Assembly: GCA_031973055.1 (NCBI GenBank)
Contig: DALYDS010000001.1
Location: forward strand, 1 to 48,147
Direction of reading: 5' to 3'
Origin: a bacterium
Lineage (GTDB): Bacteria > Patescibacteriota > Gracilibacteria > BD1-5 > JAGOOR01
Length of the DNA stretch: 48,147 nt
A program made the position numbers and the translations under genes. Under the pieces are notes generated by a model. That model did not search any database and had not been told where the DNA came from. It saw only the letters and a list, made by a program, of their open reading frames with translations. Below are positions 8,601-16,580 of the stretch, one piece after another; position 1 is the first letter of the stretch; every line of letters begins with the position of its first letter.

Positions 8601-10328
8601 CCATGACTTCTGTGCTTTTTGCATCAGTGGAGTATTGCTTCGAGGACAGTACGGAACGCGGTGCGTTATACCTTCTTTTTTGAAGAGTTTCCCTTCTGTC
8701 TTGAGTCGCTCCGTGATAGGATCGATAGCATCGATGTAGAGTGTACCTTGGTAGTCTGGGACTTGTGCGGTATATTTCCCTGCCTCATCAATCGCAGACG
8801 TGATGAAAATCCCCTCTTGCTTCGCGAGCTGGAAATCCACATCACCAAATTCTGGTGCTTCGTGGGCAATACCAGTACCATCAGTATCGGTGACGAAGTC
8901 GGCGTGGTAGACTTTGAAGTTTTTATCATCAATTTTCCCGACGTAATAATCAAATGGCGGATGATAATATTTACCAACCAAAAATGAACCAGGATACTCG
9001 GTAAGAACAGTAAAATTTTTCCCTTTCATGACTGTTTCAAGACGGTTTTTCGCGACCAAATAACCTTCATCTTCAATTTGCACTAACACATAGGTCAGAT
9101 CATTATGAACCGCAATTGCCATGTGCATCGGTATAGTCCATGGTGTCGTTGTCCATGCGAGCAATGATATATGTTTGAGTTCAGGTAATTTCTTCTCGAT
9201 AGCACGGAGAGCAAGCGCATCATACATCCGACCAAGCTGTTCGGTAATAATATGCTCACCATACTGGAGATAGTATCCATGAACGAGTTCTGGATCGTCT
9301 ACGATTTTCATCCACTGCATCTGAGCGTGTTTTTCTGGTTCTTGAATAGTTGGATTTGATAATAACTCAACTTCGAAATATTCCCCTTGCCACAAAGTAC
9401 GCTGAGTAAAAACTTTTCGATTTCAGAGATGTTTTCTGATGGTTATTTCGACTCAGAGTTCTTCTTTTATTTCTCTTTTGAGAGCCGTTTCTGCAGTTTC
9501 GCCTGCGTCAATTTTGCCACCAGGACACTGCCATGTATTTCAGTGTTTTTTATTCTGGAGCATGAGAACTTCACCATCAGCATTTCGGATAACAGCGAGG
9601 ACATATCGAAGATATCCGTCATCTGTATATTCAAATTTTCATCCCTGCACCTCGTCCTGTTTTGAAGTGTCTTGTGTGAGTGGAAATTTCACGGTAATAG
9701 CTGGATCCTGGACGTCCTGATAGCTGTCATCCATCGCGATTTCAAAGTTTGAAATCGGAGTCGAGAGCTTCCAAGAATACCATGAAACACGCTTTCCTTC
9801 GTAGATATAGCCTTTCTCCCAGATTTGCTTGAAAACCCACATCACTGACTCCATATAGTTCTGATCCATCGTGCGGTATGCATAGTCCATATCGACCCAT
9901 CGACCAATATGATCGATATACCATCCCCACTCAGATGAAGTGTCACGTGTATAATTATAACATTCATCGATAAATCCCTGGATTCCTCCAGCTGATTCCT
10001 CGATTTCTTTGTTTGATTCGAGTCAGAGTTTCTTCTGTACTTTTTGCTCAATAGGAAGTCCGTGACAATCCCATCCCCAGACACGTTCAACGCGCTTTCC
10101 GAGCATCGTTTGATAACGAGGCACGACGTCCTTAATTATCGAAGATAACAAGCTTCCATAATGCGGAGTTCCGGTGATAAATGGAGGACCATCGTAAAAT
10201 CGGTACGGATTCTCAGCTGACCTGGATTCGACTGACTTTTCAAACGTTTTATTTTCCTTCCAGTATTGGAGGATAGATTCTTCGAGTTTTGAGAACTCGG
10301 GTTTTCATTTGGGGAGAGAGAAGGGCAT
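5610..10328 (-). CDS. ileS: isoleucine--tRNA ligase (type 2-like core) carrying three in-frame inserted hydrolase domains; 1572 aa
   Basis: Track fragments 5610-6974, 6993-7457, 7848-9395 and 9639-9890 are all in one frame. The gaps contain only TGA stops; I located at least nine. ATG is at 10326-10328 and TAA at 5610-5612. Core motifs appear in order: PHYGS (HIGH), [87 protein letters not shown]. Confidence 0.9.
7190..7712 (-). other. alpha/beta serine-hydrolase domain (YdeN/RBBP9-like) inserted in IleS between 'LHRPYIDRV' and '[10 protein letters not shown]'
   Basis: [13 protein letters not shown]..., nucleophile elbow THSMGA (Ser at 7515-7517), NCEDDPGVP (Asp), INGAGHF (His). Confidence 0.7.
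7790..8370 (-). other. histidine-phosphatase (phosphoglycerate-mutase-like) domain inserted in IleS after 'WGTPMPVW...SREELYQRN'
   Basis: [14 protein letters not shown] (RHG motif), ...[11 protein letters not shown]..., ...[11 protein letters not shown] (second catalytic His). The normal 'LHRPYID' follows about 30 residues downstream. Confidence 0.75.
9168..9638 (-). other. Nudix hydrolase domain inserted in IleS between 'VKFPL' and '[10 protein letters not shown]'
   Basis: Complete Nudix box [22 protein letters not shown][G]V (GX5EX7REUXEEXGU). Its invariant Gly is encoded by UGA (9453-9455). Confidence 0.8.
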
Positions 10329-10495
10329 AAAAAAACACACAAAATAAACTGTGTGCTTCGGTCTCGATATTCTCGAGAAGTTACCACCGAAAGCGGTACT
10401 TGATTTATCTGCGTCACGTGCAGTGGTCGGAGGGGTCTACTTTAATTAAATTTCTTCCCTCAGCTCGTCCTGTGATAGCAGGAGTCAGTGCTGAT
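10329..10495 (-). promoter_or_regulatory. T-box-like leader of ileS (Ile specifier AUC)
   Basis: Minus-strand RNA elements:
- Antiterminator-like element GCUUUCGG-[UGGUAAC]-UUCUCGA-GAAUA-UCGAGA-CCGAAGC (10355-10394). It matches the T-box architecture helixA1 / 7-nt bulge UGGNACC / helixA2. UGGU is complementary to ACCA of tRNA-Ile (A73).
- Competing helix GAAGCACACA-guuuauuu-UGUGUGUUUU plus U-run, ending at the ATG (10329-10360).
- Short hairpin CCUG-CUAUCA-CAGG (10469-10482) presenting AUC followed by A. Confidence 0.6.
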
Positions 10496-10501
10496 AGAGG
10501 C

Positions 10502-10529
10502 AGTATACAAACTCTCGGCGTATTATCAA
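10502..10529 (-). promoter_or_regulatory. candidate sigma70-type promoter for the ileS leader
   Basis: Minus strand TTGATA (10524-10529) -N16- TATACT (10502-10507), just downstream of the stop of the preceding gene. Confidence 0.45.
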
Positions 10530-10533
10530 GTTA

Positions 10534-11028
10534 CTAAGTCACCATCAATTTTGCTAATACGTACCTATTGGTCTTCAGTGTTACTTTGAAAAAATTATCA
10601 TTAAAGAGTTTGAGGTAGTCTCCGCCAGATTTATAGACTGTAAACATTGCCTCTTCTTTTGTTTTTTTGTTTTGCTGTAATGCTGTCAAAATATGAAAAA
10701 ACTCTTCTTGTTCAGCAGCAGACCTAAAACTCTTCCTCTTTTCAGCATCAGCAAATATCTGAATAGCTCGCACCCTGAGAGTATCAACTGGAGGTTGTTC
10801 GAGTATTTTTGCAACATCTTTCTCAACTTGCCGTACCTCCTCAAATGAACCAGTTTGTGTTATCGTAGGAGCATCTGACGGAAGAGTTTGGGCAACAGCA
10901 TTATTATCTGGTGCGGCTATAAGTCCCCATCCCGCTAATAGGGCAACGGTCCCACTTGGGAGTTTCTTACTTAATTTTTGTAGGATACCTTGAGATGGCA
11001 CATTATTTGCTGGTGTATTTGTATTCAT
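10534..11028 (-). CDS. hypothetical secreted or membrane-anchored protein
   Basis: 164-aa ORF ending at TAG. N-terminal hydrophobic segment GTVALLAGWGLIAAP. No recognised family. Confidence 0.55.
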   Translation of the reverse strand: MNTNTPANNVPSQGILQKLSKKLPSGTVALLAGWGLIAAPDNNAVAQTLPSDAPTITQTGSFEEVRQVEKDVAKILEQPPVDTLRVRAIQIFADAEKRKSFRSAAEQEEFFHILTALQQNKKTKEEAMFTVYKSGGDYLKLFNDNFFKVTLKTNRYVLAKLMVT

Positions 11029-11067
11029 AGAGATATTCTACCATTCTTTTTTTCAGAAATCAAAAAT

Positions 11068-11096
11068 TTGCATACCAAATAAACACGTGGTATAAT
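11068..11096 (+). promoter_or_regulatory. promoter; its geometry implies a leaderless mRNA
   Basis: TTGCAT (11068-11073) -N17- (TGg)TATAAT (11091-11096). The ATG at 11104 lies 7 nt after the -10 element. Confidence 0.55.
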
Positions 11097-11103
11097 AGCT
11101 TAT

Positions 11104-11859
11104 ATGGGAAAAGAAAGTAATGCTAATCTCTCCGAATCTGGAAGTGCTGTAAAGGATAATGGTGAAAATATCATTACCCAGGAAACAGCACAACAAAAAC
11201 TCGAAGAAGCTACTCAAAAACTCCAGGATAATAATGATCAACAAACTGCTGCTGAAGCAGAAAGAAAACCCATAGCCGATAGATTGGAATTGAACCGTCC
11301 AAAGCTCAAAGAAACAGAACAAAAACTCGGTATCGCAGAAGAAAAGAGAAATACTCTCTCAACCGCTATACAGACCAATTCAAAGCGAATTACGGAAATT
11401 GAAGCGGAAATAACAGAGTTAACATCTAATGTTAGTACTTTATCACCAGAAGAAGTACAAGAAAAACTCAAAAAGCTGCAAACTGAAAAAGCAGATAAAG
11501 AAAGAGACAACGCAGAAAAAAAACCAATCCTTGCACAAACTGAAAAAGAAATAGCCACCCTATCCGCACAGAAAGCACAGCTATCAAAAGCAATTTCTGA
11601 CGATGAGACACTTATTAAACCTATTGAAGCAAGACTCGTTCAACTCAAAGAAGAATGGAAACCATTACAAAAAAAAGAATCACAACTAAGAGCAGAGAGT
11701 AAGGGTCTCGCAGAGGTTATAAACAAATGACAAAGAGAAGCTCAAAGAATTCAACAAATTACCCAAGATGGTCTCAAAAGGGAAGCAGAAGAGAATAGTA
11801 GAAAAGAACAAAAAATTACTCAGGCTGACTTTAATCGAGAATACGGAAGCTACATTTAG
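11104..11859 (+). CDS. coiled-coil protein, function unknown (251 aa)
   Basis: Highly charged, heptad-like sequence rich in E, K, Q and L. The track ORF ends at TGA 11728. Table 25 extends it 42 codons to TAG 11857-11859. Confidence 0.6.
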
Positions 11860-12389
11860 TCTCTCTTCTCATACCCTATTTTCCAGTCTTTCATTTCCTC
11901 ATCGAGCTCGAGAGCTCCTGGAAATACACGTTCGAGGTGATTCCAAAATGCTGTCTGGTGATGTTTGTGCACTGTATGTGTCAGTTCATGGACGATAATA
12001 TAGTCTCGAAGTTTCTTCGGGAGACGCATCAGCTCGATATTGAGACTGATGACATTGCGATGACTGCAGCTCCCCCATCGAGATTTCTGATGGCGAAATG
12101 TCACTCGTTGAAAACGAAATCCGAGTTCTTCTGCGAGCTCTGCGACTCTCCTAGGTAGAAATTTTTCTGCTCGATCTCGGAAATCACTGATTTGTTCTCT
12201 GGTTAATCTCACAAATCATGACATCTTGGACCGTTGTTTACGAATCCAGAGTGTATGAGTATCGAGGAATTTCTGGATTTGTACCTCTGTGGTTCGCATC
12301 GGAGCACGGACAAGTGCTTCACCGTTGGGATTCACACGGAGGCTCATACGACGAAGTCACGGTACATGTGTTATAGTAGTTTTTGCCAT
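11856..12389 (-). CDS. YgjP-like (DUF45/SprT-like) metal-dependent hydrolase
   Basis: HELTHTVHKHH zinc-binding motif and WGSCS motif. Table 25 extends the N-terminus through 2 UGA to ATG 12387-12389 (MAKTTITHVPGLRRMSLRVNPNGEALVRAP...). Confidence 0.7.
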
Positions 12390-12412
12390 TTATATTTTTG
12401 ATTTCTCTGCCC

Positions 12413-12580
12413 TTACCCGAGGAAACGAAGGAGATAGCTCACACCAATATAGCCAACATAAATTCCGACAATACCTGCGATACCGGCGAGCGCTTGTGGT
12501 GCTGGGATAGGGAGTTTCGCAAAAGAGAATATCACACCAACGATAGCTCCAGTAGAGAGTGAGAGAAGTATTTCACGCAT
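12413..12580 (-). CDS. small XapX-like (DUF1427-like) membrane protein, 55 aa
   Basis: MREILLSLSTGAIVGVIFSFAKLPIPAPQALAGIAGIVGIYVGYIGVSYLLRFLG. Below the ORF-track length cutoff. Confidence 0.5.
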   Translation of the reverse strand: MREILLSLSTGAIVGVIFSFAKLPIPAPQALAGIAGIVGIYVGYIGVSYLLRFLG

Positions 12581-12633
12581 AAATTTGATATTTATTGGTT
12601 ATATGAGTGTAATCCGTTCGAGACTTTATACAA

Positions 12634-13188
12634 TTATTTTTTCATTGCGTAAAAACGATTGAAAAACGGAGCAATCGCACACTGTGCGGCAAGTCGGAAT
12701 TGATCACCACGAGAGAGCATCATATCTGTCCACATACCGAAACTACCACAACTATGACTCGTGCCTGCTGGAGCACCCAGAGACTCAATAATCTGGTCTA
12801 TATCGCGCCCCGCCCCATCATGAAGTCACGACATAACTGCCTCTGGAACTGGGATATGACAAGTATATGCATAATGTCATTCACCTTCTCTATCTTCGAT
12901 ATAGACGGTCCCCATAAGCCATGATTCTGGACCAACACTGTCCTTGTAGACTCCTGCTTCCATACCCACAAAAAAATGTGCCTCTGGACAGAGACGACGA
13001 ACTTCATCTACACGGTTTTTTGCACCTACACGTATATCTTCGAGGCTCATCGGCATCTCTGGCACTCATGATGCGACCTTGAAGCCGAGTATCTGCGCTT
13101 CAGTTCATTCAAAATACGGACAACCAGACAGAGCATCTCGAAGTGCCTGAGTTTTTGGATTATTTTTAGTAGAGAGAGCAAAGAGCAT
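12634..13188 (-). CDS. yjjX: inosine/xanthosine triphosphatase (YjjX/DUF84 family non-canonical NTPase)
   Basis: 184-aa table-25 frame with 4 UGA. MLFALSTKNNPKTQALRDAL...VASGVPEMPMSLEDIRVGAKNRVDEVRRLCPEAHFFVGMEAGV is collinear with E. coli YjjX (ESGVPEQPFG..TRAGARNRV..). Confidence 0.7.
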
Positions 13189-13190
13189 AA

Positions 13191-13511
13191 TTATGCGAAT
13201 TCAAAACAAGTTATAGCCGCAATACCAAATATGATTCAGAGAATCTCAAGTCGTGAAATCGTTTCACCGAATTTCCAATAACTCACCGCCAAATACGTGA
13301 TGAGATTGAGCACTTCCATGATGACTGAAGCCACAGCGATATTTTCGAATTTATAGCTCCGTGCAAGGAAATTGAGCGCGATAAAGTAAAAAACTATACC
13401 TATCGTGTAGAGTTTCCATGAATCACCCGAATCAACCCAGGCATTGAGAACCAAATCACCAACCGTCAGGAGAATACCTGCTACAAGCAGGAGGAGAAAT
13501 CATTGATGCAT
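13191..13511 (-). CDS. small four-helix membrane transporter, SMR/DMT-like
   Basis: 106 aa: MHQGFLLLLVAGILLTVGDLVLNAW...SVIMEVLNLITYLAVSYWKFGE...GIIFGIAAITCFEFA. The track fragment 13236-13454 is extended on both sides through UGA. Confidence 0.55.
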
Positions 13512-13557
13512 AATATGTTTTTTTAGATGTTTTTTGAAAACCATAATTGTTATAACT

Positions 13558-13983
13558 CTATGAATTTTTGACAGATTCCCAGACTTTTTGTACCAAACAA
13601 TGTCTCTCATCTATTCATCGAGCCTTTTGGAGTTTTTTGACAGCATTCCAGAGTTCTTCGCGTTTTACAGGGTCTCATTCGAAGTAACCCTCTACATTAT
13701 ATGGCATACGTTCGGCGAATTTGCCTACCGCACGAGGACATACTCGGTCAATATCGATGAGTTTCTCATGGTCGAGCTTGTTGATGAGTGAGAGGACGTC
13801 CCATAGTAAATCACCGACTTCGAGCTCGAGTTCGTCGTGATTTTTGTCTTGAATACTTTTTTTGATCTCATTTATTTCACTCACAGCACCATCGAGATAA
13901 TACTCTATAGGTGACTCAGCGAACCATCCATTATACTCACGGTTGCGCTTCTGGAGCCAGAGAAGTCAGGTAAGTCATTGCAT
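13558..13983 (-). CDS. MazG-like nucleotide pyrophosphohydrolase domain protein
   Basis: 141 aa in table 25. ELELEVGDLLWDVLSLINKL matches the MazG helix motif (E..E.GDLLf). Confidence 0.6.
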
Positions 13984-14041
13984 AATTTCATTGTAGAGAA
14001 AAGGATTTTTTAGCAATATAAAGAAAATAGAGAGAAATAAT

Positions 14042-14070
14042 TTGACAGATTAATAATTATATGTTTTAAT
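14042..14070 (+). promoter_or_regulatory. candidate promoter of an orphan sRNA
   Basis: TTGACA (14042-14047) -N17- TTTAAT (14065-14070). It shares the spacer motif AATAATTATAT with the promoter at 18594. Confidence 0.45.
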
Positions 14071-14076
14071 ATTATT

Positions 14077-14316
14077 GTTGAGCTGTCCTAAGTGACGCCA
14101 TACGTCCTCACAAAATAGATACGTTAGTATCCTTCTATCACATACTATACTGATAGAGCTATAGGGTACGGAGCTGGTGAATACTCCTCAACTCACCACA
14201 GGGGATGGCACAACACTGATATACGAGTATGGTTCGTATTGTCCATGAGACCTTTTCCTAGCCAATCGTCATCGACACTTGTTATGACTGAGGGAGCCGA
14301 GAAGAGGTCTTTTTTA
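14077..14316 (+). ncRNA. candidate structured small RNA of unknown family (about 240 nt)
   Basis: The region has a promoter upstream and no open frame in any of the six table-25 readings on the + strand. Several local helices:
- CTATCA/TGATAG at 14138-14159.
- ATGGCACAA...TTGTCCAT enclosing ATACGA-gtatggt-TCGTAT at about 14206-14256.
- A 10-bp closing helix AGACCTTTTC/GAGAAGAGGTCT followed by TTTTTT at about 14258-14316.
No downstream + strand gene, so it is not a leader. Confidence 0.4.
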
Positions 14317-15642
14317 TTGCAAAGACTTCGTGATGAGGGTGTTGTTTTCGACACTGAGAATCCCGACGATTCATCGTCAATACTTCACCTCATAATATCC
14401 ATCTTCTTGCTCAAAATGAGCTTTTTTATTATTCTGGATATCTCCCCATTGCTCTGTCGTGAGCTCTATTTTGGGAATTTGCTCCGTTTCAGCAATAGCC
14501 CACAGTAGATGATGTGTAGGAGTAAAGGTATTTCATCTGATAGAACCGAGACGCATGCCTCCGTGGACGAAATAAAAATACTCAGCGAGTGGACCGAGAT
14601 TTCTCTGATTGAAATACGCGCCATCTTTTGAGAGATACAGATATCCATCCTTTAATTTTGTTTTGAGATGTTTTGAGACAAACCGTTCGACGATTTCTCT
14701 CTCCCCTTTTGTCGCTGGCTTCACAATCAGATTTTTCTGCCCCTGCGCTGCAAGTATAGGATAATCGTGGTGGACATCAGCAGAAGATTTTTTCTGAAAA
14801 ATAGATGCGAAAAATCCGCCAGTATGCTCTACATGAGGCCAGAAACGTTTTCGGAATAATTCGAGCAATTGTGGTTCTTCAATTTTTAACCTTGAATCGA
14901 GTACTTCTTCGTTTTCCATGACATTGAGTGTGCAGGTCGAATACGAGAGTGTGCCTCCTGAGGCCGTCACGGCTTCAGCTGTTTCCATGAGCTGCTTCTG
15001 GAGTTTCGCAATACGATCAATGTTTTTCTCATGCCAGTGGTCGACGATGGCGCTATCACGAAATGCTGTACCCTCACCGCTACAAGGTGCGTCGAGGAGG
15101 ACCGCATCAAAAAAACCAGGAAAATTTTGGAAAAATCGACCATCACATGAGACAACTGCGACATTGTCATAACCCATACGGTCGAGATTGTCGAAGAGTT
15201 GTGGCGTACGAGTCCGATTCACTTCGTTGGCGATGATGAGTGATTCTGGGAAATAGTCTGCGAGCTGTGTCGTTTTCCCCCCTGGTGAAGCACACATATC
15301 GAGAATCTTATCTGGTTGATTCGTGATATGTTTTTTCAGAAGATAGGGTGGATGCGCGGCAGCAACTTCTTGGATATAAAACCAACCGGCAGAGTGCTCG
15401 ATTGTACGACCGAGGGCTACGGTTGTATCGTCACGATCTATGAGAAATACTTCGGGAATATCAGTATCAGTCAGTGTCCAACCTTGTTCTTTTGCATGGA
15501 TTTTGAAATTTTCTAGAGAGATTTTTCGAGTATTCACACGTATACTTTTCCCAATGGGTTTAATCATCGCAGTAATAATCTCATCTGCTTCAGTAGAAGA
15601 GAAACCAAATATTTTCTGGATGTAATCGGAAAAACGAGACAT
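14314..15642 (-). CDS. rsmF: rRNA cytosine-C5 methyltransferase, RsmF/RsmB (NOL1/NOP2/Sun) family with C-terminal extension domain
   Basis: SAM-binding motif ILDMCASPGGKTTQLA and catalytic motifs DAPCSGEG and YSTCT. The track ORF 14533-15642 ends at TGA. Table 25 adds 72 codons to TAA 14314-14316. Confidence 0.8.
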
Positions 15643-15728
15643 ACGTGGATTGTAGTGATTTTTCTGAAAATTCTAGAAACAGCGGATAGAAATTGACAAA
15701 TTATTAAAAATAATATCTTAGTATTATT

Positions 15729-16285
15729 ATGAAACCATCTATAAGTAAAATGGCTATTGTATCTCCTAGCCGAGAAGTAATTTGATGAGCCATCGAAGGT
15801 CCAAACCAGGTGCTCTGAATAAAAAAATTCAAAGAAGTCATTTGAGAACTGACTCTTCAGGAAAGGCACTATAAAGATAGAAGAGGCTACTCCCACGAAG
15901 CTCTTCTACAAAAAGCAGTTTGTGTCATTCATCCAGACTCATGAACTGTTCTTACTACTCAAGGAAATGATAATTCTTCTATATTAATTACCGGGTCAGG
16001 CAAAAAAGATTTTAGAGATATAGTCACAGAAAAAACAAGTGGACTCGAAACAGGTATTGCTGAGCAAAATTTTTGAGAGTGTTACGCTCTTACAGAGGAT
16101 TATAAATGACCTCTCTACGTATTTCACACTCGAATCGTTATAGCTCATACGCAAGGAGCTGTTACTTCTCTCATTGGTCATACAACATCTTGGAAGAATC
16201 CTCAAAAAGCCATGGAACAGGTCGGAGCAATGGAAAAAAACATAATATTATGGCTTGCTAATGAGATCCAAAAGAAGCGAAACTA
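15729..16285 (+). CDS. hypothetical protein, 185 aa (invisible in standard code: 8 in-frame UGA)
   Basis: ATG 15729 to TAA 16283-16285 with only TGA interruptions. MKPSISKMAIVSPSREVIGGAIEGPNQVLGIKKF...AVCVIHPDSGTVLTTQGN... The track lists only antisense shadow ORFs here. Possibly a degenerate Nudix-like fold, with low certainty. Confidence 0.5.
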
Positions 16286-16298
16286 AAGTTCTTAAATA

Positions 16299-16326
16299 TT
16301 GTAAAAAAGAAAAAATAATCTATACT
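16299..16326 (+). promoter_or_regulatory. candidate promoter for the proB leader region (leaderless geometry)
   Basis: TTGTAA (16299-16304) -N16- TATACT (16321-16326). The ATG of the first mini-ORF lies 6 nt downstream. Confidence 0.4.
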
Positions 16327-16332
16327 CAGCTC

Positions 16333-16389
16333 ATGTTCTGCAACCAAAACATCTCAGTTCCGCCATACCTCAACTTCATGAAGAGGTAG
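16333..16389 (+). promoter_or_regulatory. mini-ORF 1: MFCNQNISVPPYLNFMKR (Pro-Pro leader peptide candidate)
   Basis: atg...gtt ccg cca tac...atg AAG AGG tag. AAGAGG is complementary to CCTCTT in the 5' arm of terminator 1. Confidence 0.45.
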
Positions 16390-16414
16390 ATTATTATATA
16401 TTTTTAATTCAAAA

Positions 16415-16439
16415 TCCCTCTTCAACAGAGGGATTTTTT
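16415..16439 (+). terminator. intrinsic terminator 1 (attenuator candidate)
   Basis: TCCCTCT-tcaac-AGAGGGA followed by TTTTTT. Confidence 0.75.
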
Positions 16440-16445
16440 ATTGCT

Positions 16446-16508
16446 ATGAATCATATTTTTCAAATCACATTACCCGTTCCTCCGCTTCTCTTCTCTCCCA
16501 AGGGGTAG
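16446..16508 (+). promoter_or_regulatory. mini-ORF 2: MNHIFQITLPVPPLLFSPKG (Pro-rich leader peptide candidate)
   Basis: atg...tta ccc gtt cct ccg ctt...tct ccC AAG GGG tag. CAAGGGG can pair, with one bulge, with CCCTCTTG, the 5' arm of terminator 2. Confidence 0.45.
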
Positions 16509-16535
16509 CTTTTAAGTACTCAATATTCTTTTCAG

Positions 16536-16567
16536 CCCTCTTGTTACACAAGAGGGTTTTTATTTTT
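16536..16567 (+). terminator. intrinsic terminator 2, 14 nt upstream of proB (attenuator candidate)
   Basis: CCCTCTTG-ttaca-CAAGAGGG followed by TTTTTATTTTTT. Confidence 0.75.
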
Positions 16568-16580
16568 TACACAACTATTT

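Noticed and set aside
7190-9638. The IleS inserts might be inteins or nested mobile genes.
   Set aside because: There are no intein splice-junction signatures (N-terminal Cys/Ser block, C-terminal HN plus Cys/Ser/Thr) and no homing-endonuclease motifs. The inserts instead have complete Nudix, RHG-phosphatase and Ser-Asp-His hydrolase signatures. No transposase, integrase or flanking repeats were seen.
5610-10328. Fragmented ileS, and likewise rpoB, rpoC, alr, ilvA and the DUF4012 gene, could be pseudogenes or a degraded genome region.
   Set aside because: All fragments of each gene share one frame. The only interrupting codon is TGA, and it falls on conserved Gly positions. This is recoding, not decay.
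14077-14316. The orphan RNA candidate could be RNase P RNA, tmRNA, SRP RNA, or the suppressor-like tRNA-Gly(UCA).
   Set aside because: It lacks GGAAAGUCC/ACAGAA (RNase P), a tRNA-like acceptor/T-arm with a tag ORF (tmRNA), and the GGAAGCAGCC-type domain IV (SRP). No cloverleaf with a GTTCRANYC T-loop was found anywhere in the window. It is kept only as an unknown sRNA candidate.
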